In this document: positions 24,793-37,866 of the stretch, in pieces
Position numbering within the stretch: the stretch's first letter is position 1
Layout of the letters: each line of letters begins with the position of its first letter
NCBI GenBank assembly: GCA_964016885.1
Contig: OZ024743.1
Coordinates: forward strand, 212,288,001-212,352,000
Origin: Eledone cirrhosa
Taxonomy: Eukaryota
DNA: 64,000 nt
Direction of reading: 5' to 3'
Program-made: the position numbers and the translations under genes
Notes under the pieces: generated by a model
What the model saw: the letters and a program-made list of their open reading frames with translations, nothing else
Databases searched by the model: none
What the model was told of the DNA's origin: nothing

Positions 24793-27700
24793 ACAGTTGC
24801 ATTTATCTTTCTTTATGTTCATACGAGTTATCACCAAGTCACAACCAGTGACCTCAAGAGACAACAAGGTCCGCCATGTTCAAGGAAGAACATACATACT
24901 CACACATGCATCTTTAGTGTTTAGACTTGTGATGTACTTATATTGACAGAATCTTCCTTAGTATATGGGCAGTTCCCATTAGTACTATCTTTTGTATTTC
25001 TCCTATACGCGGGTTTCGTGGGATCTGCGATAAGTAATCATTAGACCCCTTAGGTATCATTCCCAGAGCGCCTACAACCACTGGTATTGTTTTAGTTCTC
25101 AATTTCCACATTTTTCCAATTTCTATCTCCAGGTCCTTATACTTGCTCAATTGTTCAAATGTTTTTATAGATACATTCTTGTCTATTGGAACAGACATAT
25201 CAATTTGCAGGCATACCCTCTTTTTAAAGTCCTTCAATATTATATCAGGTCTATTTGCATCTATTTTTCGGTCTGTTTGGATGCTAAAGTTCCACAAGAT
25301 TGAGATGTGATCTTTTTCAAGTATGGGAGGTGGTTGATGCTCCCACCAATTCTTTTGATGGGGCAGGTCAAAATGCTTACACATTATCCAATGTATGTAT
25401 TGTGCAGCTCTGTCATGCCTGTTTAGGTATTCGGTTGGAGCTATAGGACTGCACATTGAAATTATATGGTCAATGGTCTCTGGTTGTTTTTTGCATACAC
25501 GGCATAATGGGCTGCATCCACTTTTTATTATGTTGGCTTGGTAATTTTTTGTTGGCAGACACTGATCTTGTGCTGATATAATCAGTCCTTCAGTCTCCGA
25601 TTTCAGTCCAGAGGATGCCAACCACTAATGGGTTAAAGTTTTGTCAACATCAGGATTGTTAGCTCGCTCTGGGTATTTTCCATACAGAGGCTTTTCTTGC
25701 CATTTCTTAGCCAGTTTCTGTAGCAGTTCTTTCTTTGCAGTTACTTTTACCTGCTTTGCTTTTTCTGTGTTTTCCATTTCAGCAGTAAATGGGACTTCTG
25801 AAATTTGTAGTCCATTACTGTATCTTTGTGCATCTTTTGTAATGGAATATGATCTTTTGATGCTTTCGTGTTTCAAAACGAGTTTGATCATCCAATCATG
25901 TGATCCCTTAGATATGTAGATAATCCAATTGTTGCAGTTTTCAACGCAATGTCTAACTGGATTAACCCACGTCCTCCTTCTTTCCTAGGGAGATATATTC
26001 TATCTATATCTGCCTTAGGGTGATGCATTCTGTGCATGGTTAAGAATTTTCGAATTTTTGTATCGAGCCTATGGATCTCTGTGCTTGACCAGTTGATGAC
26101 ATTGTAACTGTAGGTTACTACTGGTATGGCAAGCGTGTTTATGGCATCGATCCTATTCCTTGCATTCAATTCCGTTCTTAAGATTGCTCTTACTCTGCGG
26201 AACATTCCTTCCTTATCCTTTCCCTCATTGTCGAGTGCTTGATTCCGTCTCCTTCACAAACACCTAGATATTTGTAAGTTTTTTCTTGATCAAGTTCTCT
26301 TATCACGTTCCCCCGATCAAGATTAATGTCTGAACTCTTCAGCAGCTTTCCTCTGGTGAACGTTGCTTTGGCGCATTTATCTAGTCCAAACTCCATTTTA
26401 ATGTCATCACTGAACTGCTCCACAGTGGATAATAGCCCTTACAATTGTTCATCATTTTTTGCAAATAGTTTCAGGTCATCCATGTAGAACAGGTGATTAA
26501 TGGTTTTGTCATAGACTTTATATCCATGTTTTGTTTCATTGAGCATTTTACTTAATGGTATAAGTGCGATGCACAATAAAAGCGGTGATAAAGAGTCACC
26601 CTGAAAAATTCCACAATTAATATTAACTTCTCCAGCTTCCAGTGATTTTGTTTCACTATTCAAAAGGAGTGTCGTTTTCCATGTCTTCATACTGAATGAC
26701 AAAAACCTCCTGACAACGGGGGATATTTTGAAAATCTCTAAACATTTTTCAATCCAACTGTGTGGCAAACTGTCGAATGCTTTTTTATAATCTATCCAAG
26801 CAATCGATAGATTTTTGTGTCTATTATGACAATCTTCCAGTATCATTTTGTTAACCAGAAGCTGATCCTTACAGCCATATGAGCCTCGTTTACACCCTTT
26901 CTGCTCAATGGGAAATAGGTCATTTGTTATCAGGTGGTCATATGTGTATTCAGTTAGGACTGATGTTAACATTTTATACATTGTGGTCAAGCAAGTTATC
27001 GGTCTGTAATTTTTGGGATTGTTTGTCTCATCATTCTTCGGAAGCAGGAATGTAATGCCGTTAACTAGCCATGATGGTATCTTTTCTGGCTCCTTAACTA
27101 TTTCATTGTAAAGTTTGGCTAACAGTTCATGAGACTCTGTGAAGGCATTTATCCAAAAGTTTTGTATTTTGTCTTTTCCTGGGGATTTCCATTTGCTGGT
27201 TTTTCTTAGAGCCAAGCGCAACTGTTCAACTGTTATATTTTCCCATATTTGTTCCTCAAGGTGAGCTGTATCTTTCATTTGTCTGTCTATCCATGGGGCA
27301 TGTATGTTATGAACTTTTTCTTCGGCCCAGATCTTTTCCCAGAATTCTTGCACTTCCTCCTTGGGTGGTATTGATTTAGCAGTTATTGTTGTCTTACCAA
27401 TTTTTCTGTAGAAGTTTCTTTGGTTGTTTTTGAACATATTATTGTCCTTATAGAATCTAGATCGTTTTTCAAAGCGCCTTATACGAGCAGCTTTGGCCGA
27501 CACTTTTTGCTTGATTATTTCTATCAGCATGTCTATGTCACATGTTGATTTTATACTGTACTTTTTTTTCAATTTTCTAAGTTTAGTTTGTTTAACATGT
27601 TCACCTACTTTATAGTTTGTTAAAATTTCTATGTCAGATCGGAGAAGGTTTATTTGGCGATTGATGTTCTCTTGCCAAGTAGATTTCTTGTGGGAATTCC

Positions 27701-28750
27701 TTTGTTTTTTCATCTTCACTCCACATAAGTGAGTGGTGACTTTAGCCGATGCATAATAGAGATGATTTAAATCAGTAATGTTTAGTTTGTTTGTGATGAT
27801 AATGTTTTTGAGAATTATGTTAGTCTTGTGTATTATCTTTTGGTTCTGTTTGGAGTTCTGGATCTTAGGGAGGGTGTCTCGTTGCCCCATGTCAGATTCT
27901 TTCATTTTCATCCATTCGATCATAATTTCATCCTTCAAGTTGGCAAGTTCATTCTCATTCATTTCTTTATCATTTACGATCTCATTATTTTCATTTGGAG
28001 TTTCATCCTGAGCATGCACTCCCTCCACTTTTTCGATCCTTTCTTTAATTTGTTCTGTTGCCAGTGATTCCGCCCCAACCCTGGGGTTCGAAGTGTTACA
28101 GTTTACCTCGTTTTCACTGACACATGTTTCATTTTCCCTTCGCTGACTTTGTGCTAATAGCTTGATCTGATCAATTTCTATATCAGTTAGTAACTTTTTT
28201 CTTACAATATTTCTTCGTATATTGGCTAGTTTGTTACTGTCAATATAGCCTCTGTTTTCGGGATGTTTCTTTTTCCAGTTGATATATGTCTGTTCTGTAT
28301 TCGATGTATTTGATGGGTAGTACATGGCAGTGTAGAAAGCCTCAAGGACTTCTTTATTATCTCCCCTTGACCATTTTTCTCTCTTTTTCTTTGGATTTCT
28401 TGGTGGTGAGCATGGAGGGCCAACAGTAGGAGTATTCCGGTTATGGGAGGTCTCCAGCTCCGAAGTGATGGGAAGGTTTGAACCATTAACTGATTTTTCG
28501 ACCCCAGTCTGGTTCCTCTCTGAGGGACGCGGCCCTTTTTTACCCGGGTGACGGCCGATCCGGTATGAGATTTTATCATTAGACATTTACTTTATTTTTG
28601 TCGCGTTTTATCCTTATCCGCCAAGGGGTAATCATTTCGTGTTACCACTTCTAGAACGAGTGTCAACCAAGACTAGAGGGGTCGTTCTCTCCTAGAGACA
28701 CGGCTATTCCCCGCCGGCCGCCATCCCGGTATTTCTTGGTCACGGGGTTT
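24793..28750 (-). mobile_element. R4/Dong-like LINE copy 2 (different family), near full-length, disrupted
   Basis: ORF pieces 28586-26439, 26423-26190, 26205-25888, 25891-25625, 25621-24938; YMDD, CRVCKKQPETIDHIISMC, RHD, NRPDIIL..IDMSVP; (AAT)n tail 24735-24792. Confidence 0.9.
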
Positions 28751-29019
28751 TCTTTTTGTTGTTTTTTTTAAATTGTTATTATCATGAGTGATTCCTTAAT
28801 GTGAGCATTGCGTGGCTTAAGAATGAAATTATTAATAATTGTCTCCACTCCAGGCACAAGGCCAGCAATCACCCAGTGCATTACAATAATATAATATACT
28901 TTTTGCTGTAGTTGCCTGTTATTGTTGTTGGCTATGTCGGTGGTGGGGCCGGGGCTTTTTATATTGTTGGTGAGGAAGGGGTGAGCAAGCAGTCCCATAG
29001 TTGTTGATGTTGACGTTTG

Positions 29020-29736
29020 GCCGGTGGCCAGGTCACTAAGTCAATCTATTTATATCTTTTGCTAGCCTCTCCCTTGTCTAGTGATACCGCCACCTTCCCC
29101 TTTCTCTCTCAAGTTAACAGGGGAATAGTGGTGGTAGCAATGAAGGAGTGGTGGCGGCGGCGATGGGATAGTGGTAGCAAAATGATGGATGGGGTGGTGG
29201 CGGCGGTGGCGTTGTGGTTGCTGGGTTTTGTGATATGTAGTATCTATGAGTTTGTGTTCGTATGTTTAATATATATTGTGTTGACATATTCCCGTAAAAT
29301 TGGAATTAAACATTTTGTTAAAATTTGAGACAATAATAATAGTAATTATTATTATCATGCCGGGATTGATGGTGGTGGTGGTGAAATTGCCGTTATCTGG
29401 CTGTTATATTTAGTGTGATGGGATAGGTGGTGTATCAACTTTCTGGTGTTGGTGAAATTGCTGTTATTTGGCTGTTCTATATAGTGTAGACAGAGGGTGT
29501 TTTCTTCCATTTTTAACCATTTTCTTTTTTTTAATACAAAATATATAATACAAAATTGAATATTTGAGCGATATAACAATATAATATGGATCCGAAATTT
29601 TATGGGATTTCATTCGGTGGTTTATGCAACATTTGTACTAAGAATTGTTATTTCACAATTGATTTAAATATGTTAAAAATCAAAAACTTACGGGAGCGAT
29701 TTCATGACCTTCTACCACCTCGTGCGTTTTCTTCCC

Positions 29737-29738
<2 letters not shown>
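29020..29738 (-). repeat. Leader segment X, homolog of X'
   Basis: Direct similarity to 23625-24735; begins at (AAT)n 29738-29786. Confidence 0.65.
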
Positions 29739-29786
<48 letters not shown>

Positions 29787-29787
<1 letters not shown>

Positions 29788-30881
29788 CTTGAATCTCAGT
29801 CATTGATGTTAGTTAACTGGAAAGTCCGTTGGAATGAATATCAAGCCACTACCTGCAGCCTCAGATATTCAGGACGTATCGGAGGGTTCTTGCTGTTCCC
29901 AGCAAGCATGCCTTTTGAAGCGTTCCAAAAAGCGTGAAGGGGCCGATTTTCTTTAACCATCCCTGGAAACTTTTGGAGATAGTCCCCAGTGCGCCTATGA
30001 CAATCGGGATCACTTTGACTTCATGGCAGTTCCAAATCCTCTTTACCTCCCACTTTACGTCCTGGTATCGGTTAATTTTCTCCCTCTCCTTCTCTTGCAC
30101 TCTCGTGTCGAATGGGCAGGCCACATCCACAATCAGACACGATCGTTTTTCTTTGTCCACAACCACCAGGTCAGGTCTATTGTGTTCCAGTTTCTTGTCC
30201 GTCTGTATCCTAAAATCCCACAGCACCTTCACCTGATCGTTCTCCATCACCGCCTCTGGCTTATGCTCATACCATTTCTCAGAATGTGGTAAATTGTTTA
30301 CTTTGCACAGGTGCCAGTGGATCACCCTGCCCATCACATCATGTCTCCAGCCCTTATAGTGGGTCTGGGCTAGGTGTTTACACTCGGATACAATGTGAGC
30401 CACAGTCTCCTCTCTCTCTCCACAGATCCTGCACAGTGGGCTAGCCTCCTCCTTGTAAATATGGTGTTTCAACCACTTCGTTTTGAGGGCCTGCTCCTGC
30501 GCAGCCATTAACATTCCTTCTGTAGCCTTTTTAAGGTCTCCTCTTCTCAACCAGTTCCATGTCTGTGGATCTCTAAATTCAGTTTTCTCAAAGAAGGTAC
30601 TATGAAGGGATTTTTCCTGAAGGCTGCTCTTTCTCCTTGATGTTATTTCCTCCTCCTTCGACATCCCTTGGCCTATTGTCCCCTCCTTCAGTACAGTTCT
30701 GAGCATTGGCTCCTTACTATCAGTCACGTATTTGTGTAGGTTGTTTTTCTCCATCTGAACACACTCCTCTAAGCTGATAAGACCTCTTCCACCCTCAGAT
30801 CTCCTTAGGTAGAGTCTATCGACATCACTCCTCTTGTGGAACATGTTGTAGATAGTCAATAGCTTCCTAGTCTTCCTATCC

Positions 30882-30883
<2 letters not shown>
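29787..30883 (-). mobile_element. R4/Dong-like LINE copy 3, 5'-truncated, same family as copy 1; open ORF 30883-29861
   Basis: Near-identical to 19795-20890; (AAT)n on both sides (29738-29786, 30884-30934). Confidence 0.9.
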
Positions 30884-30936
<53 letters not shown>

Positions 30937-31029
30937 GTATATATATATTTTTTAAAATTGCATCTTATCTATCTATTTTACCTAGTTATTATTGATCTGG
31001 GAAAATCTATGGCTGTATCATGCACGAGG

Positions 31030-34000
31030 ACAGAAATAATCGGGCTTGATACCAGATTGTGCGGTTAAACCACTGGGAGTGAAGGACCCCTAGCCTTTGT
31101 CTGGGCATTCTTCTAGGAGAAGGCAATTGGGATAACTCTGACATAAAACCTGCGGCTCAGTAGTTACCGATGATGTTGATCCTTTCTTCTTTTCGGGTTG
31201 TAACTACTGTCGCTCAGAAAGTGGGATTGGTTCAGTGCACAGTCTTTCCTCACTTAAAAAAACTCTTCACGCTCAGGCATTGCAGGATAACATTAATTAA
31301 TAATTACTAGCAGAAAAACCACTCTTCGGGCGTTTTTTTTTGCTAGCATGTGTAGTGTGTATATTGATATTATACGCAAGTATATATACATGTAGATATG
31401 ATACATCAAGTAAAATCGTAATTGACAATATACACAGAAATTGAACGAAGACTGTGTTACATTGTTTTATGTAATCAGTAAAGTAATCCATTAAAAAGAC
31501 GATATTATATATAAACTGCATTAGGAAAAAATTAGTGACAGAAAATTAGTATGTTTATTTAAGCAATCGCCAACCGGAAGTGTTGACATTTCAGAAATTT
31601 TAAAGAAATGAATCTTTAAATAAACAAAATATATTTAATCAACAGCCACCAAATTTAGTAGATAAATTATGTAATATTCATTCATTATTTATTCAAAGTT
31701 ATCCAACTTATTTTACTAATGGGATAAAAAATTATAAACCGTACGCAGTCCCGCGCTCCTCCCTTTATTATAATTTAGATTATTTAATGTTATTAATAAT
31801 TATCATTTAATGTTATTATTTATAAGATCTCAACTGAATGGCTGGCTGCAGCCTTAAAAAAGCAACCAATCAATGATGTCTCAAAACAGTATAAAAACAA
31901 ATGGCAATAAAGGCTCTGGAACCACACCAGGTGAAAGGGTAGGGGCTCCAGGGCATCACAGCCTGGACCCGGCCATCATCGTGCCACTGTGATAGAACCA
32001 AACAAAACATTGAATATTGACTGTTGGAATGTACAGACTCTACTTGACAGTGATTCTTCAGATCGTCCTGAACGAAGGACCGCTCTTGTTGCGAAGGAGC
32101 TTCGTCGTTATTATCTTGACATCGTTGCTTTATCTGAGACGAGGTTAGCTGGAGATGGTCATCTTACGGAATCCTGTGGAAAATATACATTCTTTTGGAA
32201 AGGGAGAGATGAAGGAATTAGAAGAGAGGCTGAAGTAGCACTTGCTGTTAAGACTGCTCTTGTGGATGAGTTGGAAGAATTCCCAGTGGGGATTAGTAAG
32301 CGTCTTATGTCCATGAGAATTCCGTTGGACAAAGGAAGGTATATAACCGTGGTGAGTGTGTATGCTCCAACTATGAATTCTGTTGATGAGGAAAAAGTAT
32401 CTTTCTACCTTGCTTTGAAAGGTGTTATAAGAAATATCCCTCAGGCAGACAAGATCATCGTGCTGGGTGACTTTAATGCTAGAGTGGGTAGGAATTTTAG
32501 CATATGGACTGTAATCGGAAGGCATGGGGTGGGAAAGTGTAACAGCAATGGTATACTTCTGCTGCAGATGTGTGAGTAGCTGGATTTGTGAGGATGTGAA
32601 ATCAAGTGTAATGCGGAGGCTCTCTTAGATGAAGGATAAGCTAGACAGCTTCAGGAGAAGTGTGTGGAACAGGGTTTGGATCTGTATTAGGTTTTTGTCG
32701 ATCTGACAAAAGCTTTCGATACTGTTAACAGAAATGCATTGTGGAAGGTTCTCCAGAAACTTGATTGCCCTGATAAGTTCCTTGCTTTGGTTAGGTCTTT
32801 CCATGATGACATAAAGGCTTGGGTTAATGTCAGAGGTAACATGTAGGAGCCCATCTCAGTGAAAATTGGGATGAAACAGGGGTATATTCCAGCACCGACC
32901 CTATTTGCCATATACTTTGCGATGGTTTTCTATATTGCATTCAGGAATTGTAAGCATGATGTTTACATTTACTATCGAACCTCTGGCAGCATATTTAACA
33001 TCAAGCGCTTTGCTGCAAAAATAAAAATATTTACCTCTATCATAAGAAACTTTTTGTATGCAGATGATTGCAATCTTGTAGCGCACACAGAGACTGATAT
33101 GCAGCACATTTTAAATGCATTTTCTGATGCTTGCACTGCCCTAGGATTGAGTGTCATTCTAAGATAACCGTTGTCATGTACCGATCTACCCCCGGTAAGC
33201 AGTACAATGAACCAACTATCTATGTGTATGGTAAACGACTTGGAGTGGTTGATCAGTTTATCTACCTGGGAAGCACTGTCAATCGAAACAGCAATCTTGA
33301 TAATGAAATTACTCGCAGGATTAGGAAAGCAAGTGATGTTTTAGGAAAGCTAGAAAGGCGCCTCTAGGGTCGGCGAGACATATGCAAGAAGTCAACGATA
33401 AAGGTGTACAAGGCATGTGTGCTCTCTTCTCTTCTTTATGCCTGCTAGACCTGGGTCACATATCGACACCCCCTTAAACAGTTGGAACGTTTCCATCAGA
33501 TGTGTTTCAAACGGATCCATGGTGTTCACTGGAGTGACCACATCAATGATGTCGAGATTTTGGAAAGCTCTCTGTGTGAAAACATAGAAGCTCTTGTGCT
33601 TAAGCAAAGACTCCGATAGAGTGGTCACCTTGCCAGGATGAAGGATTCTAGGATACCAAAACAACTCTTTTATGGAGAGTTAGTTAAAAGAAAACGACCT
33701 CCACATAAACCAAAAAAGAGGTATAAGGATTCGTTGAAAGCTTCCTTCAAAGACGCTAACATCTCTGCTGATACATGGGAAAACGTAGCTGTTGATCGTA
33801 ATAAATAGAGACAGACTGTATATGAGGGGAAAGTAGCCTTTGAGGCATCTCGAATGGCATAGGAGAAAGTAAAAAGGGATGTGAGGAAGGTCCTCCTATG
33901 GCGCTGACATGCAGCGTCTGTGCGAGATTCTGTCTCAGCAAAGCTGGACTCGAAAGTCATCTTCGTAGTCATAAAGGGAGATCAGTGGTTGACTACCAGG

Positions 34001-34270
34001 CTGCTGTCGGAGATGCTACTCATTATACCCGTCAAGCATGTGAAAAAATATGTGGATCAGCAAGAGGGCTCAAACGACACGAAGTCCAATCACAGCCGGC
34101 TTTTGCCAGTGAATGTTTTGGTTGCCAACTCTGTGCAAGACATTTTAGATCATTAGCTGGGCTAAAAAACCATATTCGATCGCAGCACCGTTAATTATTA
34201 ATATATATGTGTGCTCTTTTTTTATTGTGCAATGGCCATACTCGATAACGAGGGGACAGCCATCATATAT
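31030..34270 (+). mobile_element. RTE-clade LINE (BovB-like), decayed, with internal deletion and C-terminal C2H2 fingers
   Basis: 5' UTR motif CTAGGAGAAGG..ACTCTGA..AAACC; WNVQTL..PERRTALVAKEL..LSETR, GDFNARVG; DLTKAFDTV, YADD, FIYLGS; CSVCARFCLSKAGLESHLRSH and CQLCARHFRSLAGLKNHIRSQH. Confidence 0.85.
31307..31779 (-). mobile_element. Non-autonomous Helitron (473 bp) inside the RTE 5' region
   Basis: Minus strand starts A|TCTAAATTATAATAAAG and ends with an imperfect hairpin then CTAG|T; inserted between A and T with no TSD. Confidence 0.65.
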
Positions 34271-35371
34271 ATTGAAATAAATTGTTTTTGTTTATTCTAA
34301 ATATATGAAAGATCTTATACTAGAAATGTGTAGAGTCATTTAAACGAGTATGTATTATGTTTATGCTTTGAGCCATTTATATCTACTAACTAAAATTAGA
34401 AATTCATACGTAGACATTTTCTGCAACCAATTTTGTTTGGTAGGTTGAAAGAAATAATGTCGTAAGCCGGTTGACAAGAACCACGTCATCAAAAGTTTTT
34501 TTTATTATGCATTAGGAGAGCACCACCGAGATTAGCTTTGTATTTCATCCTTACGGGGTCGATAAAATAAAGTACCAGTAGTAACGCACTGATGTCAATT
34601 TAATTTACTTTTCCCTTCTCCAAAACTGTTGGCCTTGTCCTGAATCAGAAACCATTATTCATTAGGAGGTCATTCACTTGCAGCAAGTGAGAAAAGATTT
34701 GAACATGTGACGAAAGAATGAAGTTAATTATGATTTTTTCTTTAGAATTTGCGTAGGGTATGTGTCGAATGTTGTAAAATGGTTCTGTAAGACAGATGTT
34801 GCACGATGTAAACCCATAGCTAATAGTAGGGGATTGATACGATGTTTGTATGTTTTATTTCATCTTTCTATATCCAAATATACATAGAGAATGCTGTGTT
34901 ATTTTCTAAGTGACAGTGAAAGAATAAGCTACTGTAATGCAAGTGATATTTTTATACGATCTCTGTGAGTCATATGTAGTGTGTATTTGCCATGACATTA
35001 GTACTATGTGCGATGTATTTCTTTATTTCTCTACTGAGAGACAAACTTACACATTTTGAAAATTGTATTCCGACACTTTTATGCTTCATTTGCAATAATT
35101 TTATGTTGTGTTTCCAGTTAAGGCTTGGCATATTCTGTATTCAGCTAAACCGCCCTGTTTCTGTTGAACAACCGGTAGAATTGGTCGTTCGGGAAATGTT
35201 ATTAGATGAGAGAGAAGTGTTTCGCTACAGGGCTTTTAACATCGATGGTACATTACATTTTCTTGATAAATCTACTACTAATTTTTTTCTCTTATATTAC
35301 CCACAACAAAATATTTTAGCCTTACTCAAATTGAGTTTCCTGACATGATGCATGCATGGTTCCGTAACTCC

Positions 35372-35655
35372 TTAGGGTATTTCTTTTTTAACCTGGCGGA
35401 GCACATCACTTCTCCAGGTCTGAATACAGTATATTTCTTCCAGAGCAGGATAGAGAGTGATAGACAGAAAGGAAGTGAGAAAGAAATATAGAGAAAGAAT
35501 TGATCCCTGTACTTGACTGGTACTTATTTTATTGACCTCGAATGGCTGAAAGGTAAAGTTGACCTTGGCGAGATTTGGATTCAGAGAGCAGAGAGCCCGA
35601 ACCAATACCGTAAAGCATTCTATCTGACCTTCTAACTACTCTGCCAATTCGCTGC
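35372..35655 (-). mobile_element. SINE, long-tail subfamily
   Basis: Same head and core; 3' tail shared with 45990-46245 and 46595-46925. Confidence 0.75.
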
Positions 35656-36384
35656 TTTCCTCACATGATACAGATCGCAACATGTGTTCGCGGAAATCTC
35701 TTATGATAACGATTAAAAAATTTCATGTCTCAAAATGTATCCCTGTTTTCCATTCACTTCGCTTTTTTACATTAACAGACTACTCCCTGTCATCCCTAAA
35801 TGTTCACAGGCCAATACCAATACCCTCACTCCTCACCTTTCTCGTATTGCCATCCACAGATTTCGGTCACATAAAACTTCAACGCCTCCTTTAAAGCCAC
35901 CGTGTCTTTTATAAACAAATCATTCTATAATATTCTGTAATAGAAGCTTAATAACAGTCTTATTCACAGATTCCACAATTCAGTGTAACAGACTTACAAT
36001 TTCATTTTCCCTACTTATTAACAAGATAGTTATAATACTAGGCTTAAAATTATCCGATAATCTCTCAAAGCGATACAGTACTAGTTATTTTAAAAGTTTC
36101 AACTTTATCACCACGACATGTTTCCTCTTTAATATCAGATAGAAGACACTACATTGAAAATCGCTCTAATAACCGACCTCCAAGAGAAATTTTGTAAGGT
36201 AGAACAAGACTCATTTCTGTGCTGAGTGGTTTCTGTTAAAGGGTGCGTCAAGTATTCAGAACCCCCTCCAAGGTTCTCTGGGTCCCGGAGCATTACGATC
36301 TTATAGGTCCCGCGCATAATTGAGACGAAGAACTCATATTATACTCAAATATTATAGAATACATTATAAAAATCCATCTGGGTT

Positions 36385-36700
36385 AATCACTCATTTAAAT
36401 CACATAAAAAGCCAACTATGCAGTTCTATTCCTCCAATGCTAGGTGAGACAACATGTGTGGTGTGCAAAAATCGATCTCTGGTCTGAAAAGGCATATGAG
36501 GGTATATAAGGATGACATCCCACAAACTGACGCAGTCAATCCGATAGAAGGCACATCTTTTGTCTGCCACATTTGCTACAGACCATACAAATCTAATGCT
36601 GGACTTAAAAGCTGAATGGACGTTTGGAGTTGTTGACGGATCATGGGGACGCATAGGGAGACGGCAATCATCTTCAAAGATGAAGCAATCACCAATATAC
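36385..36700 (+). pseudogene. 3' fragment of an RTE LINE with C2H2 fingers
   Basis: CVVC..SISGLKRHMRV and FVCHICYRPYKSNAGLKS; 3' terminus resembles 34230-34270. Confidence 0.6.
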
Positions 36701-36763
36701 ATATATATATGTATACAAATATATGTATGTACATATATTATACATATTATATGTATAAATATG

Positions 36764-36794
<31 letters not shown>

Positions 36795-36881
36795 ATAGTA
36801 ATAATAATAAATTTGAAGACTAAAATCCAAAGAGGGCTCGTTGCAACGTTTTTTGAAATATTCACTTCTGCGTTCACAGTT

Positions 36882-36910
36882 CAGAAGATCCCGTTAAGGG
36901 TGAAAGCAGC
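36882..36910 (+). ncRNA. Degenerate hammerhead motif (U4A) after a possible PLE C-terminal remnant
   Basis: CAGAAGA-T-CCC(GTTAA)GGG-T-GAAA; stem I not recoverable. Confidence 0.35.
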
Positions 36911-37179
36911 GATTCTTTGCTTAAACTTTAATCTGTTATTTTAATAAATATATATATATATAAGTATGTATACGTACATACATATATGTATACAGACGTA
37001 CAGTAGTATGTATATATATATATATACATATATACATACATGCACACATATATATATGTACGTATGGATTCACCGAACATTTATTATAATGCTCGGTGTG
37101 TTTGTAAACAAACATCCCGAATTAAGCCGTACAGTGTCTAGCAACCATCGTTGCTCATTTGTTCAACACTGACAAAGGA

Positions 37180-37222
37180 ACGCTGTACTAGTTTCAAGCT
37201 TATTAGCTATCGTCAGCAACGT
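37180..37222 (-). ncRNA. Type I hammerhead ribozyme, copy 1
   Basis: ACGTTG-CTGACGA-T-AGCT(AATA)AGCT-T-GAAA-CTAGT-A-CAGCGT: 6-bp stem I, intact core, palindromic stem III ACTAGT, GUA site (cut 37186|37185). Confidence 0.85.
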
Positions 37223-37624
37223 ATACCTTCCTGCCAGATGGTTGAACGTCTGAAAGTATATACTTTCCTTATGCATATTAACGGCTGAGCAGCCTAATTT
37301 GCATATCGAGTGAGTTAATCGGCCGGGGTACCGAAAACGATAAACGGAAAAAATGAAACGAAATTTCATTTCTCACTCTTAGTACGGCTGTTACTTAAAT
37401 ATAAGTATGTATACGTACATACATATATGTATACAGACGTACAGTAGTATGTATATATATATATATATATATACATATATACATACATGCACACATATAT
37501 ATGTACGTATGGATTCACCGAACATTTATTATAATGCTCGGTGTGTTTGTAAACAAACATCCCGAGTTAAGCCGTACGGTGTCTAGCAACCATCGTTGCT
37601 CATTTGTTCAACACTGACAAAGGA

Positions 37625-37667
37625 ACGCTGTACTAGTTTCAAGCTTATTAGCTATCGTCAGCAACGT
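37625..37667 (-). ncRNA. Type I hammerhead ribozyme, copy 2 (identical to copy 1)
   Basis: Same sequence as 37180-37222; cut 37631|37630. Confidence 0.85.
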
Positions 37668-37866
37668 ATACCTTCCTGCCAGATGGTTGAACGTCTGAAA
37701 GTCCATACATACATATATATATGTGTGTATGTATGTATATATGTATATAATATATATATACATACTACTGTACGTCTGTATACATATATGTATGTACGAA
37801 TACATACTTATATTTAAGTAACAGCCGTACTAAGAGTGAGAAATGAAATTTCGTTTCATTTTTTCC

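Noticed and set aside
31030-31290. HDV-like ribozyme in the RTE and Dong leaders (also 28590-28750)
   Set aside because: Hairpins are present (e.g. CAGTAGTTAC/GTAACTACTG) but the nested double pseudoknot could not be built by eye.
35850-36120. Possible CR1 3' relics (also about 44160-44330 and 45360-45560)
   Set aside because: Motifs too eroded to support a call.
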